Origin: Octopus bimaculoides
Taxonomy: Eukaryota
Length of the DNA: 64,000 nucleotides
Assembly (NCBI RefSeq): GCF_001194135.2
Contig: NC_068984.1
Span: 83,425,337-83,489,336, forward strand
Direction: 5' to 3'
The position numbers were made by a program, and so were the translations under genes. Below, one piece after another: positions 12,640 to 27,570 of the stretch. How positions within the stretch are numbered: the stretch's first letter is position 1; every line of letters begins with the position of its first letter. A model generated the notes under the pieces. It did no database searches, was not told the origin of the DNA, and saw only the letters and a program-made list of their open reading frames with translations.

Positions 12640-13850
12640 AAGTAAAATATATTTAAATTCAAGCATCGAGACTGAATCAGCCTTGATAGCTATACCATGT
12701 GATAAAACATATCTTTTGCCAGTTCCGTCTAATGCAGAGCAGGTTATTTTCAAGAATCTAGTAATGATAGTGACAGTGAACTCAGCAATCCACCTGACCC
12801 AGACGAAAATAATCTCCATATCTATTAAGCTAAGATTTAAACGATCGAGTGAGAAGTTGACAAAGAAAACGTCAGTTACTTGGTTTCAAATTACAGGAAT
12901 AACCACAATTTCATATTTTTTTAATATGGCCATTTGAGATTTTCAGTGTTTTAATCAATAAAAAAATAGTTTTCCTTTTTTTTTTAGTATTTTTCTCAAG
13001 AGTTTATAGCCTAATGCACGAGATCTGAATGCGCGTAGTTTCCACTAATTTTAGTAATGTTAATCTTAAAGACAAAAACAAGAAGATTTCAATAATTGTA
13101 GTGTAGCTGAAGTAAGTATCAGTATTGGAACATTTGTGGCTCCCTGAAAGTTATTTCAGCACTTGTGAAGTCTACAGCTTGGATACACAAAACATTTGTG
13201 ACATTGTGTTTATGGGCTAGCAGGGATGTTAAGAATCGCTATAAAAACGTGACTGCGCTCTCACTAGATAAGAAAGTGTAGTTTGAAAATAGATTATATA
13301 ACTAAGGACATTACGAAAGAGTATATCTTCCACCTCTCCATATCAAGTTCGAGCTTATAAACAAGTTTGGAATAAGCAAGGGTCATCATGGAAGGTGATT
13401 TTAACATCTGAAAACATAATTCAGTGGTATTTAAACAGATGCCAAAACAGGTTGGAATTTTCACTGGTCCATATATTCGTATCATCAACGATCATCCTTC
13501 CCGAAACTCAATAAGAGTTTCGGGAATAATATAGCTAACATAACTTCTGTAGAGGTCACTAAAGGCTTCCTGGAAGAACTACTGTTAGCTCAAGAGCGAC
13601 CTGTTGAATGCATATGAAATATTGAGTTGCAGGATGTCTCTTAATATACATATTTTGAATTCAGATATCGACTTGCATCCCACCCCCACACGCACACATA
13701 CCTCCGAATTTTATTGCAATAAGTAACGAGCACGGTGAATGTTTCCATTAAGATATCTCTGTTATGGAAAGTATATACGAAAGCAAGTTCAACTCAGATA
13801 TGATGGGTAATTATGGCTGGTTTATATTACGAGACTGATCTGAATCTCTT
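12640..13850 (+). mobile_element. Decayed DNA transposon, Chapaev-3-like (CMC) transposase remnant
   Basis: Motifs LKVISAL..LQLGYTK..LCLWASR, VYLPPLHIKFEL, AYEILSCRMSLNIHILNS and SNEHGECFH*DISVMES...MMGNYGW match the PPLHIKLG/EHGERFHQDI transposase family. The family name is from recall. Confidence 0.6.
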
Positions 13851-14600
13851 AACACGAAATAGAATAACACAGTATATTTCGCTGTACAATAAGTACTTAC
13901 AATAACAGAGGAAATTCTAGCAATAACTTCATGTACTTAAGATGGATGCTAAGGTGCATGGGTGGTAATTTTCTCAGTGAATATTTACTTTGTCATAAGC
14001 CATTGTAAAGGAGGAAGGATACACCTGTTTAACGTCTCTTCTATGTAGCTAACACTATTTTTAAAAGGAAACTTTGAAATGTGGCTAGCACTATCTAAAT
14101 TTTAAGGATAGCATGAAGAGGAATATTGTGAAGCAAAACCTAGTTGTGATGGCGAAATATGGATTTCAGGCCTGAATTTAGAATCGCTAAATTGTAAGAA
14201 ATTGGTATTTCTCTTTCCGGCAACATTTATAATTTGTTGCATAATGTAATTGGTGTAGTTGATCTGATAAGAAATAGAAAATTGACCAAAACAAGCAGCA
14301 TACCAGGACTTACAACTTTACAAAGATAACAATATAAAGCTATATTAGGGAACAGTAGACATTCTATGTAAGACATTCTCAATTTCGAAACACCACCCTA
14401 ACAACACCCATCTCACGTATTACCCTTTTAATACAGTGATACAATTTACACAGTAAATAATCACTCACTTCATACTGTAGAAGCTTTAATCACAAACAAG
14501 AGCAAACACCAGAAAGAGAAAGCACAAGGAACTATAAATCTTAAAACAGCAAATTAGGTGTAACGCAAACACTTTTCCTCTCCCTGAAAAACAAAAGCTG

Positions 14601-14652
<52 letters not shown>

Positions 14653-14654
14653 TA

Positions 14655-14685
<31 letters not shown>

Positions 14686-15214
14686 GTGCACAAACACACA
14701 CGCACACACACACAAACACGCACGCACACTTAACGCGGAACATTCACGTGCACCTGGTGTTGTAGAGGAATACGTTACTTTCAATAAGTCGCCTTCAAAA
14801 GGTAATGTTGAAAATTAGCCTTATCTAATTGTCTTTACTTCAAAGTCAATCAGAACCTTGACAAATAACCCATGATGCCCAAACAATTAAACTTACTTTT
14901 TTACTACGACGGAGCCTCTATGCATTCGTTCGATATGCTAATAATCGCAACCAGATTTTTTTTTTTTTTTGACATCCTACAACATCATGGATGATAGAAT
15001 TAATCCGTCGCCTGGTAGAAAACCATTTGGTCTTTGGATACTTTTAGCTGTGTTCATGCTATTACAAACATAGAGGTCATTGCAACAGTTTGAGGATAGC
15101 ATCATTCGTCCCACTAGACTCAGAGGATCTGAAAAACTAACAGATTATGAGTGTTGCCCTTCCCTACATAACTAAACAATAAAAATAGAAAACAGAAGGA
15201 CACAAAACAAGCAA

Positions 15215-15690
15215 AATGGATCAAGCAGACTGCAAAAGAGAACAGGCAGAAACAAATTGAGGAGCGGTGGAGCCAGCCACCTCTGCATGGACAGTACATA
15301 CTTCGAAGTCCAAATGTTGATGTAGACCAAGCAACAATCCATCAGTGGTTGAGACGTTCAGGACTGAAATCAGAGACTGAAAGTTTCTTATTGGCGGCAC
15401 AAGATCAAAGCTCGCTTGCAAAAAACTACCAGGTTAACGTTCTTCAAAACGGTTCTGACCCTAAATGCAGATACTGTGACACATTGACTAAACAATAGAC
15501 CATCTCGTCTCGGGATGTCCTGTTCTGACACCAAACGAATTCAAAAATCACCACGATAGGGTAGGACAGCATTTACATTGGAAAATATGTAAACACTACA
15601 AAATCAGCACTCCTGTTTACTGGTATGAACATCATCCTGAGCCAGTCGTTGAAAGTAAAAATGTCACTATCCTCTGGGATTTCCCAGGTA
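15215..15690 (+). mobile_element. R4/Dong-like LINE fragment (different subfamily)
   Basis: PLHGQY...WLRRSGLKSETESFLLAAQDQS...DPKCRYC...TIDHLVSGCPVL...HDRVGQHLHWKIC...WYEHHPEPVVESKNVTILWDF. Confidence 0.8.
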
Positions 15691-15997
15691 TGATAAAAAA
15701 AAATAGGTATGTCAGAAACATTTAGATAACATTCCAGGAGAACCATGTCTCAGAGAAATCCAAAAGATTGTACTGACAAGTACTGCCCACGTCCTTAGAA
15801 AAACCCTATCTATTTAAATGTTTATGCTGTATTACATGAAGATATTTCGCGACTTCCCCTCTCCAAGCTTTCAGTCATACTGTAACATCTCTTATCCTTC
15901 ACTTGCCCCAGGACGCTGTGTGTGTCTCGGCAAGTGACTGTAACAAACATGCAGATTAAAGGTAAAATGCAACAACAACAACAACAACAATAACAAC

Positions 15998-16059
<62 letters not shown>

Positions 16060-16361
16060 TAATAATAAAAAATAAACTCATGCCGACACCACACCAGTAT
16101 TATTAAAACAACCATCATCACTACGCTATTGTCGGCACAGTCACCATCGTCATACCACAGGCATTTTTCATTATGATACCGCTGCCATGACCTTCATCAC
16201 CACCACCACCACAACCTCGACCTTCATCTCAATCACCACCACCACCTCCAAGCACCACTACCATTCACACTACTATCATCAACCACTTTGTTAACCTCAA
16301 GAAATTTTAAGGTTAAGTTTGCTGTTTAGCATGGAAAGTTGCCAGAAATATTTGGGTGTTG

Positions 16362-16511
<150 letters not shown>

Positions 16512-17440
16512 TGCTGTTTTTCTTGTTGTTATAGCGGCAGCTGCTGCAGTAGAAGCTGTAACTGTAATGGCGGCGGTGGCGGCAGTAGTAGAGGTGTAGG
16601 GAGAGGAATATAAGCGAGTGTGACGATGTCAGTTATTACTGTTTAACCACAAGTCATGCTTGACTAAACAGACTGATGGTTAGGAGTCTGCTTAGAGGTC
16701 TACCAGCCGTGACCACCTCATCGTTTTGGAAGTATGTAATACTATTTTGTTCAATGTGTCCTTACTGGCTTAAGTTGGTCGGGTGTTGATTTGAGAGTAT
16801 TTGGCAGCTGTTTCTAGTAGACTGAGCAATCATGTAGAATTGTTCATTAACTCCTTCGTTAGTTTAACGGGGATGCTGCTGCTGGTGGTGGTGGTACCAG
16901 TAGAGAAAATGTTGGAGGTGAGTAGTAGTAATGGCAGATGTAGCGTTGATAATGATAGCAATGCTGGGGCTGATGTCAGCAGTAATGGTTGTGAAGGTAG
17001 TGGGTGTGGTGGTGACAGCAGTGATGGGGGTGGCATCAAGGGTGTGCACAGATTATGCAGAAAATACTTAGCATCATGCAAGTATTTTTCTGATGTCTCG
17101 TCTGACTGTAACCTTTTCTATCTCAGAAACAGCTGGTAGGGCGTCTGCATGGGAGTGTGAAGGAAACAGTGAGTGAGTTTCTGTGTGTATTTGTGTATGT
17201 GATTTGTTGTTTTGAATGCTCACACCTGACCTGGTTTGCTGAGGTGACTCCTTGGATTATAAATGGAGAAGCACAGTACGCTATTGGCCAAAATAACTCG
17301 AACATTCCCTTACAGTATGCATAGCTGTAACAATATTGTCTGGCGCTACTGAGAACAGGTGATAAAAGGGCTATGACTTTACAGTCGGCTGCTGATGTAG
17401 GAAATACCCTGAAGTGAATGGTGTAAAACACACACATACA

Positions 17441-17475
<35 letters not shown>

Positions 17476-18394
17476 NNNNNNNNNNNNNNNNNNNNNNNNN
17501 NNNNNNNNNNNNNNNNNNNNNNNNNNNNNNNNNNNNNNNNNNNNNNNNNNNNNNNNNNNNNNNNNNNNNNNNNNNNNNNNNNNNNNNNNNNNNNNNNNNN
17601 NNNNNNNNNNNNNNNNNNNNNNNNNNNNNNNNNNNNNNNNNNNNNNNNNNNNNNNNNNNNNNNNNNNNNNNNNNNNNNNNNNNNNNNNNNNNNNNNNNNN
17701 NNNNNNNNNNNNNNNNNNNNNNNNNNNNNNNNNNNNNNNNNNNNNNNNNNNNNNNNNNNNNNNNNNNNNNNNNNNNNNNNNNNNNNNNNNNNNNNNNNNN
17801 NNNNNNNNNNNNNNNNNNNNNNNNNNNNNNNNNNNNNNNNNNNNNNNNNNNNNNNNNNNNNNNNNNNNNNNNNNNNNNNNNNNNNNNNNNNNNGTGTGTG
17901 TGTGTGTGTGTGTGTGTGCGCGTGTGTGTGCATATATATATATGCGCGGTGGGGTGTATTTACGTTTGTAACGAACTGGACTGGAACAATGCGTATTCAA
18001 ATGCGTATTCAAAATATGGGGAGTAGATACAATTTTTTAATAATATTTATGTTAAATTTTAGAAACTTAAGGTTTCATTCTGATGTAAATCAGCACTGCT
18101 TGTAACAGAATTCAAATTGCAAATGGCATTCTGCCACTATTGGTGACGAAAGTGTGCATATATATGTGTGTTTGTGCGCGTGTGCATGAGTGTGTGTGCG
18201 TGCGTGTGTGTATGTGTGTGTGCGTGTGTGCGCGTGTGGGGTTATATATATATGTGTGTGTGTGTGTGTATATACATGTATATGTATATGTATGTATATC
18301 TATATGTATGTGTTTATTATAAACATATGTCTCAATAACATACATGTAAAAGTCTGTAAAAATGACAGTAATTATTATTATTTTTTACTTCTGC

Positions 18395-19260
18395 AGTGGG
18401 CTGGCAGAATCACTAGCACGTCGAATAAAATGCTCCGTGACATTTTTCCCAGCTTTAGGTTTCTAGTTCAAATAACACTGAGGTTGATTTTTGTCTATTA
18501 TCCTTTCGGGTTGATAAAATAAGTAACAGTTGAACACTGGGGTTGATGTAAGTGACTTACCCTCTTCCCCGAAATTGTCAATAGTAGTAGTAGTAATAGT
18601 CATCGTCGTCGTCGTCGTAGTAGTAGTAGTAGTAGTAGTTGGTGAGTCAGCAGAATCATTTACGCAACGGACAAAATGCTTCGCGACATTTCTTTCGGCT
18701 CTGTATCTTTACGTTCTGAGTTCAAATCCAGCTAAGATCAACTTTACCATTCATTCTTTCGGGGTCGATAGAATAAGTATCAGTTATTGCTGCCCTTCAG
18801 CCAAAATTTAAAGTCATTATTATCATCATCATCATCATCATTATATGGTCAGCCTGGGAGAGAATTCTGAGCGGTATTTCTTCCGGATATTTATGTTCTG
18901 GTTTCAAATCCCGCCTATGTCAACTTCGTTTTTCATCTTTTGGGGTCAATAAAAAAAGAAGTAGCAGTCAAGTATTGCGGTCGCTTTCGACAAACACCTT
19001 TCCTTCAAAATTTCTTATCTGGAATTTGAAACCATTATTACAGGCATCAAGCTGGCAAAATCGTTAGAGCGTCGATGAAAATGCTTAATGGAAGAATTTC
19101 TTCGGACTCTTTATGTTCTATGTTCATATTCCGCTGAGCCTAACTTTACTCATCATTTTTTGGGGGGTCAATAAAATAAGTAACAGTTGAGCTTTGGGTT
19201 TGATGTGATCGACTATCACTCTCTGTCTTATAATTACTGGCCTTAAGCCAAAATTAAAAA
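18395..19260 (+). mobile_element. Cluster of four diverged GGCAGAATCGTTAGC-family SINE copies in tandem
   Basis: Heads at about 18400, 18650, 18850 and 19055, separated by trinucleotide microsatellites. Confidence 0.65.
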
Positions 19261-19380
19261 GAATTAAAATCATTATCATCAATGCCTACAAGCCTGTTGA
19301 TAAATGCCAAAAGATAAAATTAAAATCTGATAGATGTACATACAATCGAATACCTATATATATACAGGCATACATATGTG

Positions 19381-19446
<66 letters not shown>

Positions 19447-20476
19447 NNNNNNNNNNNNNNNNNNNNNNNNNNNNNNNNNNNNNNNNNNNNNNNNNNNNNN
19501 NNNNNNNNNNNNNNNNNNNNNNNNNNNNNNNNNNNNNNNNNNNNNNNNNNNNNNNNNNNNNNNNNNNNNNNNNNNNNNNNNNNNNNNNNNNNNNNNNNNN
19601 NNNNNNNNNNNNNNNNNNNNNNNNNNNNNNNNNNNNNNNNNNNNNNNNNNNNNNNNNNNNNNNNNNNNNNNNNNNNNNNNNNNNNNNNNNNNNNNNNNNN
19701 NNNNNNNNNNNNNNNNNNNNNNNNNNNNNNNNNNNNNNNNNNNNNNNNNNNNNNNNNNNNNNNNNNNNNNNNNNNNNNNNNNNNNNNNNNNNNNNNNNNN
19801 NNNNNNNNNNNNNNNNNNNNNNNNNNNNNNNNNNNNNNNNNNNNNNNNNNNNNNNNNNNNNNNNNNNNNNNNNNNNNNNNNNNNNNNNNNNNNNNNNNNN
19901 NNNNNNNNNNNNNNNNNNNNNNNNNNNNNNNNNNNNNNNNNNNNNNNNNNNNNNNNNNNNNNNNNNNNNNNNNNNNNNNNNNNNNNNNNNNNNNNNNNNN
20001 NNNNNNNNNNNNNNNNNNNNNNNNNNNNNNNNNNNNNNNNNNNNNNNNNNNNNNNNNNNNNNNNNNNNNNNNNNNNNNNNNNNNNNNNNNNNNNNNNNNN
20101 NNNNNNNNNNNNNNNNNNNNNNNNNNNNNNNNNNNNNNNNNNNNNNNNNNNNNNNNNNNNNNNNNNNNNNNNNNNNNNNNNNNNNNNNNNNNNNNNNNAT
20201 GGAGGAATGTAGTGGCGGACAAAAAATAAGACAGGAAAACAAACAGAAAAGGCTTTACGGCCAGACGAGAAAAATTATGTGTGTAAGAACGCGATGAGGC
20301 ACGGACCCGAGAGGGACAAAGTGGTGCGTGCGTTGCTTGGCGAAAGCCAAGGAAGGAAAGGATTATTGACCGGAAGCATGTGACCATGCCGGTGTAAAGG
20401 GAAGAGAGAGAAACAGAGGGAGGAAGTAGAAGAATAGGTGAGCAACGAGAGGAAAAGAGAAAGAGAGGAAAAACGA

Positions 20477-20509
<33 letters not shown>

Positions 20510-21061
20510 TATATGCATGTATGGCGTATTTACATAAGATGCAGAAAAAACAGTGTAGCAATCATATAGGCATGGATCTGTGCGTGTGTGTGTGTGTGTA
20601 AGTGTGTGTGCGAGTCTGTGTGAGTTTCAAGAGATGTGGGCGCGTAATGTGTCTGCATTTATATCTTATATACTCTTTTTTCTACAAGAGAGAGGGAACA
20701 TGTCTGAGTTTGTTTTATACTGTCCAACCCCACCCCACCCCCACCACCAGAACACTATTACATTTAGTTACAAACACTACAAAAAACATGCATGCACACA
20801 AACGCACAAAGTCATACTTTCTGTCAGTCTATTTCTGTCCCTTTCATTCGGCACACAGACATACAAACACACACACACACACAAACTCACAGATGCACAT
20901 ACACATACACACATGCACACTCACAGATGCACGCACAGACATATCTTTGCGTGCAAGCATATAAGTATATATGTGTGTGTGTGAGTGTGTGTGCGTGTGT
21001 GTGTATACTTCCATATATGCATACATACATGCATGCATGCATACATACATACATACATACA

Positions 21062-21093
<32 letters not shown>

Positions 21094-21848
21094 CGTACGT
21101 CTCAAATTTCAGTAATATGTAATAGAAAATACATTCCGTTCCGCAAGATCTTCTTTAGTTAATATATTTCAAAATAAACGTACGTATTAAATGCTTTCAA
21201 AATATTAGTTGGTTTGACTAATATATNNNNNNNNNNNNNNNNNNNNNNNNNNNNNNNNNNNNNNNNNNNNNNNNNNNNNNNNNNNNNNNNNNNNNNNNNN
21301 NNNNNNNNNNNNNNNNNNNNNNNNNNNNNNNNNNNNNNNNNNNNNNNNNNNNNNNNNNNNNNNNNNNNNNNNNNNNNNNNNNNNNNNNNNNNNNNNNNNN
21401 NNNNNNNNNNNNNNNNNNNNNNNNNNNNNNNNNNNNNNNNNNNNNNNNNNNNNNNNNNNNNNNNNNNNNNNNNNNNNNNNNNNNNNNNNNNNNNNNNNNN
21501 NNNNNNNNNNNNNNNNNNNNNNNNNNNNNNNNNNNNNNNNNNNNNNNNNNNNNNNNNNNNNNNNNNNNNNNNNNNNNNNNNNNNNNNNNNNNNNNNNNTT
21601 ATATGTATATACACATACACACTTGTATGGTGGATGTCAACCCGTGACCGAGTATGATCACTTCCTAAAGTCCGCACAAATGTATCGAGACCTCAAGAAT
21701 TTCTTGTGCGTGAATTTGTTTTGAGTGGATAAAGGGTTGTGCTGCACGGAACCCTCTTTTTAACAGCGCAGTCAGCTATACATATACAAATGTATATCTA
21801 TATTTATATGCGCGCGCGCCCACACACACACACACACACATACATACC

Positions 21849-22224
21849 GTTGTTGTTGGCACTCCGTCGCTTACGACGTCGAGGGTTCCAGTTGATCCGA
21901 TCAACGGAACCGCCTGCTCGTGAAGTTAACGTGAGCACTACACAGACACGTGTACCCTTAACGTAGTTCTCGGGGATATTCAGCGTGACACAGTGTGACA
22001 AGGCTGACCCTTTGAATTACAGGCACAACAGAAACAGGAAGTAAGAGCGAGAGAAAGTTGTGGTGAAAGAGTACAGCAGGGTTCGCCACCATTCTCTGCC
22101 GGAGCCTCGTGGAGCTTTAGATGTTTTCGCTCAATAAACACTCACAACGCCCGGTCTGGGAATCGAAACCGTGATCCTATGACCGCGAGTCCGCTGCCCT
22201 AACCACTTGGCCATTGCGCCTCCA
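21849..22224 (-). mobile_element. Full-length tRNA-derived SINE (GGAGGCGCAATGGCC family) with (AAC)n tail
   Basis: Reverse complement of the copy at 44411-44769: A-box tggccaagtggttagg, B-box ggtttcgattccc. Confidence 0.85.
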
Positions 22225-24215
22225 CACACACACATATATACCACTCCACACATAATATATACTGTAGTTTTTTCCTTGGACATTGATCTATGTTTTTAGC
22301 TGGGAGATATAGACTAATATTGTCTAGAGACAATGTCGTCGTCATCAAGACCAATGGCATCCATTTACTAATCTTACTTTACCTATGACAGTCATGTATG
22401 TATGCATAATGCATCTACACATCGCTTGGAGCATGGAACAAATATTGATATACAGTATGTATATTGGCTTCAAATTTAGTCACAAAGCCAGCAATTCGTG
22501 GGAGGGGGGGGGCGACTCGATTACATCAACCTCAGTACTCAAACGGTACTTATTTTATCGACTCCGAAAGGACAAAAGGCAAGGTCGGCTTCGACGGAAT
22601 TTGAAATGAGAACGTAAAGACGGACGAAATGCCGCTAACGATTCTGCCAGCCTGCTACCTTTAAATAGTATAATATATTAATCGTCTTACGTACATGCTC
22701 ACACCCGCACCATCACACACGCACCATACAGACTCATACACATATGTATATATGCATGTACATAGACAGACTTTGCTTTATATTTCACGTCATTTCGTCC
22801 TTATACTGTCTTTATTACAAATCCTTATATACTGTTATATATAACAGTATTGTTCTATAAGGGCGATGGCATAGCAGAATCGTTAGAGTGTTTGACAACA
22901 TGCTTCATAGTTTATTTTTCTGACTGCTTATGTTCTGAGTTCAAATCCCTGTCTCGTCAGTTTGATCCAGAGGGATGATAAAATAAAATTCTAATAATGA
23001 ACTAAAACCTATGAAAAGACCATCCCTTTCCAATTTTCTGATCTTAACTCTGTATAAAACCTAAGATTTCTGATTTCATGCCAGAACTTTTCTATATATT
23101 CGCTCTCTACTTCAATATATACCATTACTTCGTTAAAATTTACGCTAAGATTTATTTTCGTTATATTAGTGAAATATATATTTCTATTAGTGTGTGTGTA
23201 TATATATATATATATATATNNNNNNNNNNNNNNNNNNNNNNNNNNNNNNNNNNNNNNNNNNNNNNNNNNNNNNNNNNNNNNNNNNNNNNNNNNNNNNNNN
23301 NNNNNNNNNNNNNNNNNNNNNNNNNNNNNNNNNNNNNNNNNNNNNNNNNNNNNNNNNNNNNNNNNNNNNNNNNNNNNNNNNNNNNNNNNNNNNNNNNNNN
23401 NNNNNNNNNNNNNNNNNNNNNNNNNNNNNNNNNNNNNNNNNNNNNNNNNNNNNNNNNNNNNNNNNNNNNNNNNNNNNNNNNNNNNNNNNNNNNNNNNNNN
23501 NNNNNNNNNNNNNNNNNNNNNNNNNNNNNNNNNNNNNNNNNNNNNNNNNNNNNNNNNNNNNNNNNNNNNNNNNNNNNNNNNNNNNNNNNNNNNNNNNNNN
23601 NNNNNNNNNNNNNNNNNNNNNNNNNNNNNNNNNNNNNNNNNNNNNNNNNNNNNNNNNNNNNNNNNNNNNNNNNNNNNNNNNNNNNNNNNNNNNNNNNNNN
23701 NNNNNNNNNNNNNNNNNNNNNNNNNNNNNNNNNNNNNNNNNNNNNNNNNNNNNNNNNNNNNNNNNNNGAAACAAGTAAAAGAATAAAATAGTACACGCAT
23801 GCATATATGTTTATTAGTTAAGCTTTTGAATCAAATACAAAAAACATGCCTAGTTTCTCTTATTCAAATATCTCTTTTCATCACAACTGATTTTTACTTC
23901 TTCCCCCCCCCCCTCTGTCTCTCCCTCTCTCTTTCACTCTATTTTTCTTTCCCACTTCCTTCTGTAATCATCTCTTCTCACCACTTCCTCTCTTTGTATA
24001 TATCTTCCTTCTCCCTCCTCTCCCTCTCTCTCTCTCGTTTTTCCTCTCTCACTCCTTTCTCTCTCTCTGTCTGTCTCTCTCTCTCTCTCTCCATTTCTGT
24101 CAATTACTTTCACTCATCTCCGCTCTCTTATGCGCTACACGAATGCACATAAATGCACACACATGCTGCATGCATCCGACGCTAGCTAGCGTAAAAACAA
24201 ACACCAACACCGTTG

Positions 24216-24251
<36 letters not shown>

Positions 24252-24509
24252 TCACTACTACTGCTGCTACTGCTGCAAAATATTTATTGTAAATATCATA
24301 TATTACATTACGACATGCCGCTGCTATATTTCTGCACTCAGCCTGTAAAGTAAGCTTCTCAGCAACCAGCCTGACAGCCAGCCACCCAGTTACCCAACCA
24401 CACAGCCAGCTGCAGTCAACGTCAGCCTTTAGCTTTGTCTATCTGTCTCTCATGAAGCAACTCAGATTTTCGACCCACGAGAGACAGTCAGAGAGGTTTT
24501 CATCGTTTG

Positions 24510-24720
24510 TCTTTACTTGTTTCATTCACTTGACTGCGGCCATGCTGGAACACCGCCTTGATGGGTTTAGTCTAAAAAATCCCCCCCAATACCTACTTTT
24601 CTTTTTTTTTTGAAAACTTAGTACTTGTTCTATCGGACCCTTTCTGGCCGAACTGCTAAATTACGGGGGACGTAAGCAAACTAACACCGATTGTCAAGTG
24701 GTGGTGGGGGACAAACACAA
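24510..24720 (+). repeat. Interspersed repeat (SINE-like) with further copies at 27310-27500, 45140-45290, 43620-43770 (-) and 53575-53780 (-)
   Basis: Shared core gcggccatgctggagcaccgcc...tagtactta..ctatcggtctcttttgccg..cgcta.gttacgggga. Confidence 0.7.
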
Positions 24721-27244
24721 AGACCCACACACCACACACACACACCTATATATATATATATATATATATATATCACATACACACACACTCACACACTCGC
24801 GCACACACTCGCACACACACACACACGTGCGCGCAGGACGAGCTACTTTCAGTTTCGCCAACCAAATCCACTCACAAGGCTTTGAACGGCTCATAGCTAC
24901 TTTGGAAGACACTTCCCCACAGTAGGACTGAACCTAATACTGCATGGTTGGGAAATCGAGCTTCTCAACTACACAACCACGTATAAGCCAACCTTTTTTT
25001 TACCCCCAATTGTGACCCATTTTGAGAAATCAATAATCCTCTGCGATTTGCTGTGAATTTTAATTAATTTTAAAAATAATCAAGAATCTGGAAAGAATTA
25101 GCAAAGCAGCATATTTTGTTTCATTTTTTTAGTTGGTGTTTGTGTCAAAACTTAGAAGTTTCTTAGAATGGAAGGTTTGAATTTATGAATTTAATTATGA
25201 ACCCTTTACAATAATAAGTGTCCCCTCATAAGCGATCTCGAATTGGTTGATATCAAAAGGGCTAAAACATGGTGCATTCAGTAACCAAGCCAAACAATCT
25301 CTGATGGTGCGATGGACATGACTAGAAAGATTTGGTGAAGATTACTTGTATATTTATATCCTCGGTGATATCTGATAGATGATATAACAGTACGAATCTA
25401 TAGTCTAATCTCAGAGGATCTATTTATTATTGAATTACTATTCTCTTGTTTTTTATACGCTTAGTTTAAACACAGACATCTAATAATTTATATATGCTTC
25501 TCTTCGTAAATCTGCAATTAAACAACATAAGCCAGTCTTCAATCTAATAAAGAACATAATATGAAACCCTCGTCTTATTCTATGTGTTCCAATTGTATGC
25601 CTTGGAGTCATAACACAAGGGGTTCTCGCAGTGAATCCTGTCAGAAATTTTCTGTAACTGAGGCTGACACATTTTTTCAGTTTTTCAAAAATTCTTTTCT
25701 TGTCTTACAATCAATTCTTTTCATGTCTTACAATCTCTTGTTAGAGAAATAATGAAAATATTGATATAGACACTAAATGACTGTGCCTTTCATTCTTTTA
25801 GGGTTGATAAAATAAGCACCAATCAAGTACTGGGGGGGGGGGNNNNNNNNNNNNNNNNNNNNNNNNNNNNNNNNNNNNNNNNNNNNNNNNNNNNNNNNNN
25901 NNNNNNNNNNNNNNNNNNNNNNNNNNNNNNNNNNNNNNNNNNNNNNNNNNNNNNNNNNNNNNNNNNNNNNNNNNNNNNNNNNNNNNNNNNNNNNNNNNNN
26001 NNNNNNNNNNNNNNNNNNNNNNNNNNNNNNNNNNNNNNNNNNNNNNNNNNNNNNNNNNNNNNNNNNNNNNNNNNNNNNNNNNNNNNNNNNNNNNNNNNNN
26101 NNNNNNNNNNNNNNNNNNNNNNNNNNNNNNNNNNNNNNNNNNNNNNNNNNNNNNATATAACGTGCTTCTTTTAGTTTCCGGCTACCAAATCTACTCACAA
26201 GGCGGCCCGTAGCTATAGTAGAAGACGCTTGCCCAAGGTGAAATTGAAGCCGAAGCCATGTGGTTGGGAAACAAAGTTCTTACCACACCGCCACACCTGC
26301 GCCTAGTCATAATTTCTTAAGCTTTGCACTAACCGCTCCTGTACCACTGATCTGAAGCTTTCACACACACAATTGTTTCACACTCACTAACAGTTTGGTA
26401 ATCAACCAATTGTTGCAGTCTGAACTATTTGGTTTGCATGGTCTAAAAGAGGATAGACAGCGCCCATAGGTCTCTCATCCTAAAGGTTGGAAGCATTAAA
26501 ATTATTCTCAAAATGGAAACCCGGTCCGCTAATGCTTACATCAGAGTTGACTCGATTCAAGTCACACAAAGAGCCATGTATTCAACCAGGCGAGAATTGA
26601 GGGGCAGGTTAGCTGCTATTCCTAGCAGCTTCAGCAATGAAAAGGTCTCTTAATGGTTGATAAAATGTTATTTTGTTGTGTTCTAGTTATTTTTTATTTT
26701 TTTTATTTATTTTTTTTTTTCGTTATATGTCACTCTTCTAAATTCTCTTTTCTATTCTTTTACCAGTTAGACATTGGGCTACAGTCGTGCTGGGACAACG
26801 CCTTCAAAGATTTTAGTGGAATATATAAACCCCGGTAATTATTTCAGTATTTCTAGTTCTTTTTTTTTTTCGTATTTTATCGACATGTAGCCATCGAACT
26901 GTACTTGACCATAAATACACACACTCATTCATACACACAATGGTCATCCGCACATTTTTTTTCTCTGTCAACTTCCGTTTCCAAAGCATTACATTAAAAT
27001 AGCATCCAAATTACCACGCAGCAGGGTCGAACCCTGAGCAACGTGGTTACGATGCCGACTTCTTAATCACTCGGTCATGTCTACGCCTCTCTGTTTATTT
27101 TTATCTTGATATATGAACCCACTTGTGGTACTGCACGAATACGAGTATCACCTATTATGTTTGTTAATGAACATAGATATACCATTTCAACTTTTCAGTT
27201 TTCGTTCGTAAGCTCAAATTCAGTCTGTGCCATTACATATCTGC

Positions 27245-27294
<50 letters not shown>

Positions 27295-27496
27295 TCTTTT
27301 ATTCTTCTACTTGTTTTAGTAATTTGATTGCGGCCATGCTGGAGCACCACCTTTAGGGTGTTAATCGAAGAAATCGACCCCAGGACATATTCTTTGTAAG
27401 CCTAGTACTTATTGTATCGGTCTCTTTTACCGAGCCGCTAGACTACGGGGACATAAGCACACTAGTATCGGTTGTCAAGCAATGGAGGGGGGACAA

Positions 27497-27567
<71 letters not shown>

Positions 27568-27570
<3 letters not shown>

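Noticed and set aside
13498-13526. Perfect 12-bp hairpin TTCCCGAAACTC-AATAA-GAGTTTCGGGAA containing GAAAC
   Set aside because: There is no CUGANGA in proper geometry, and it lies inside the transposase fossil.
16801-17139. GC-richer 112-aa ORF (S/G/D-rich)
   Set aside because: Degenerate trinucleotide low-complexity sequence with no domain or splice support.
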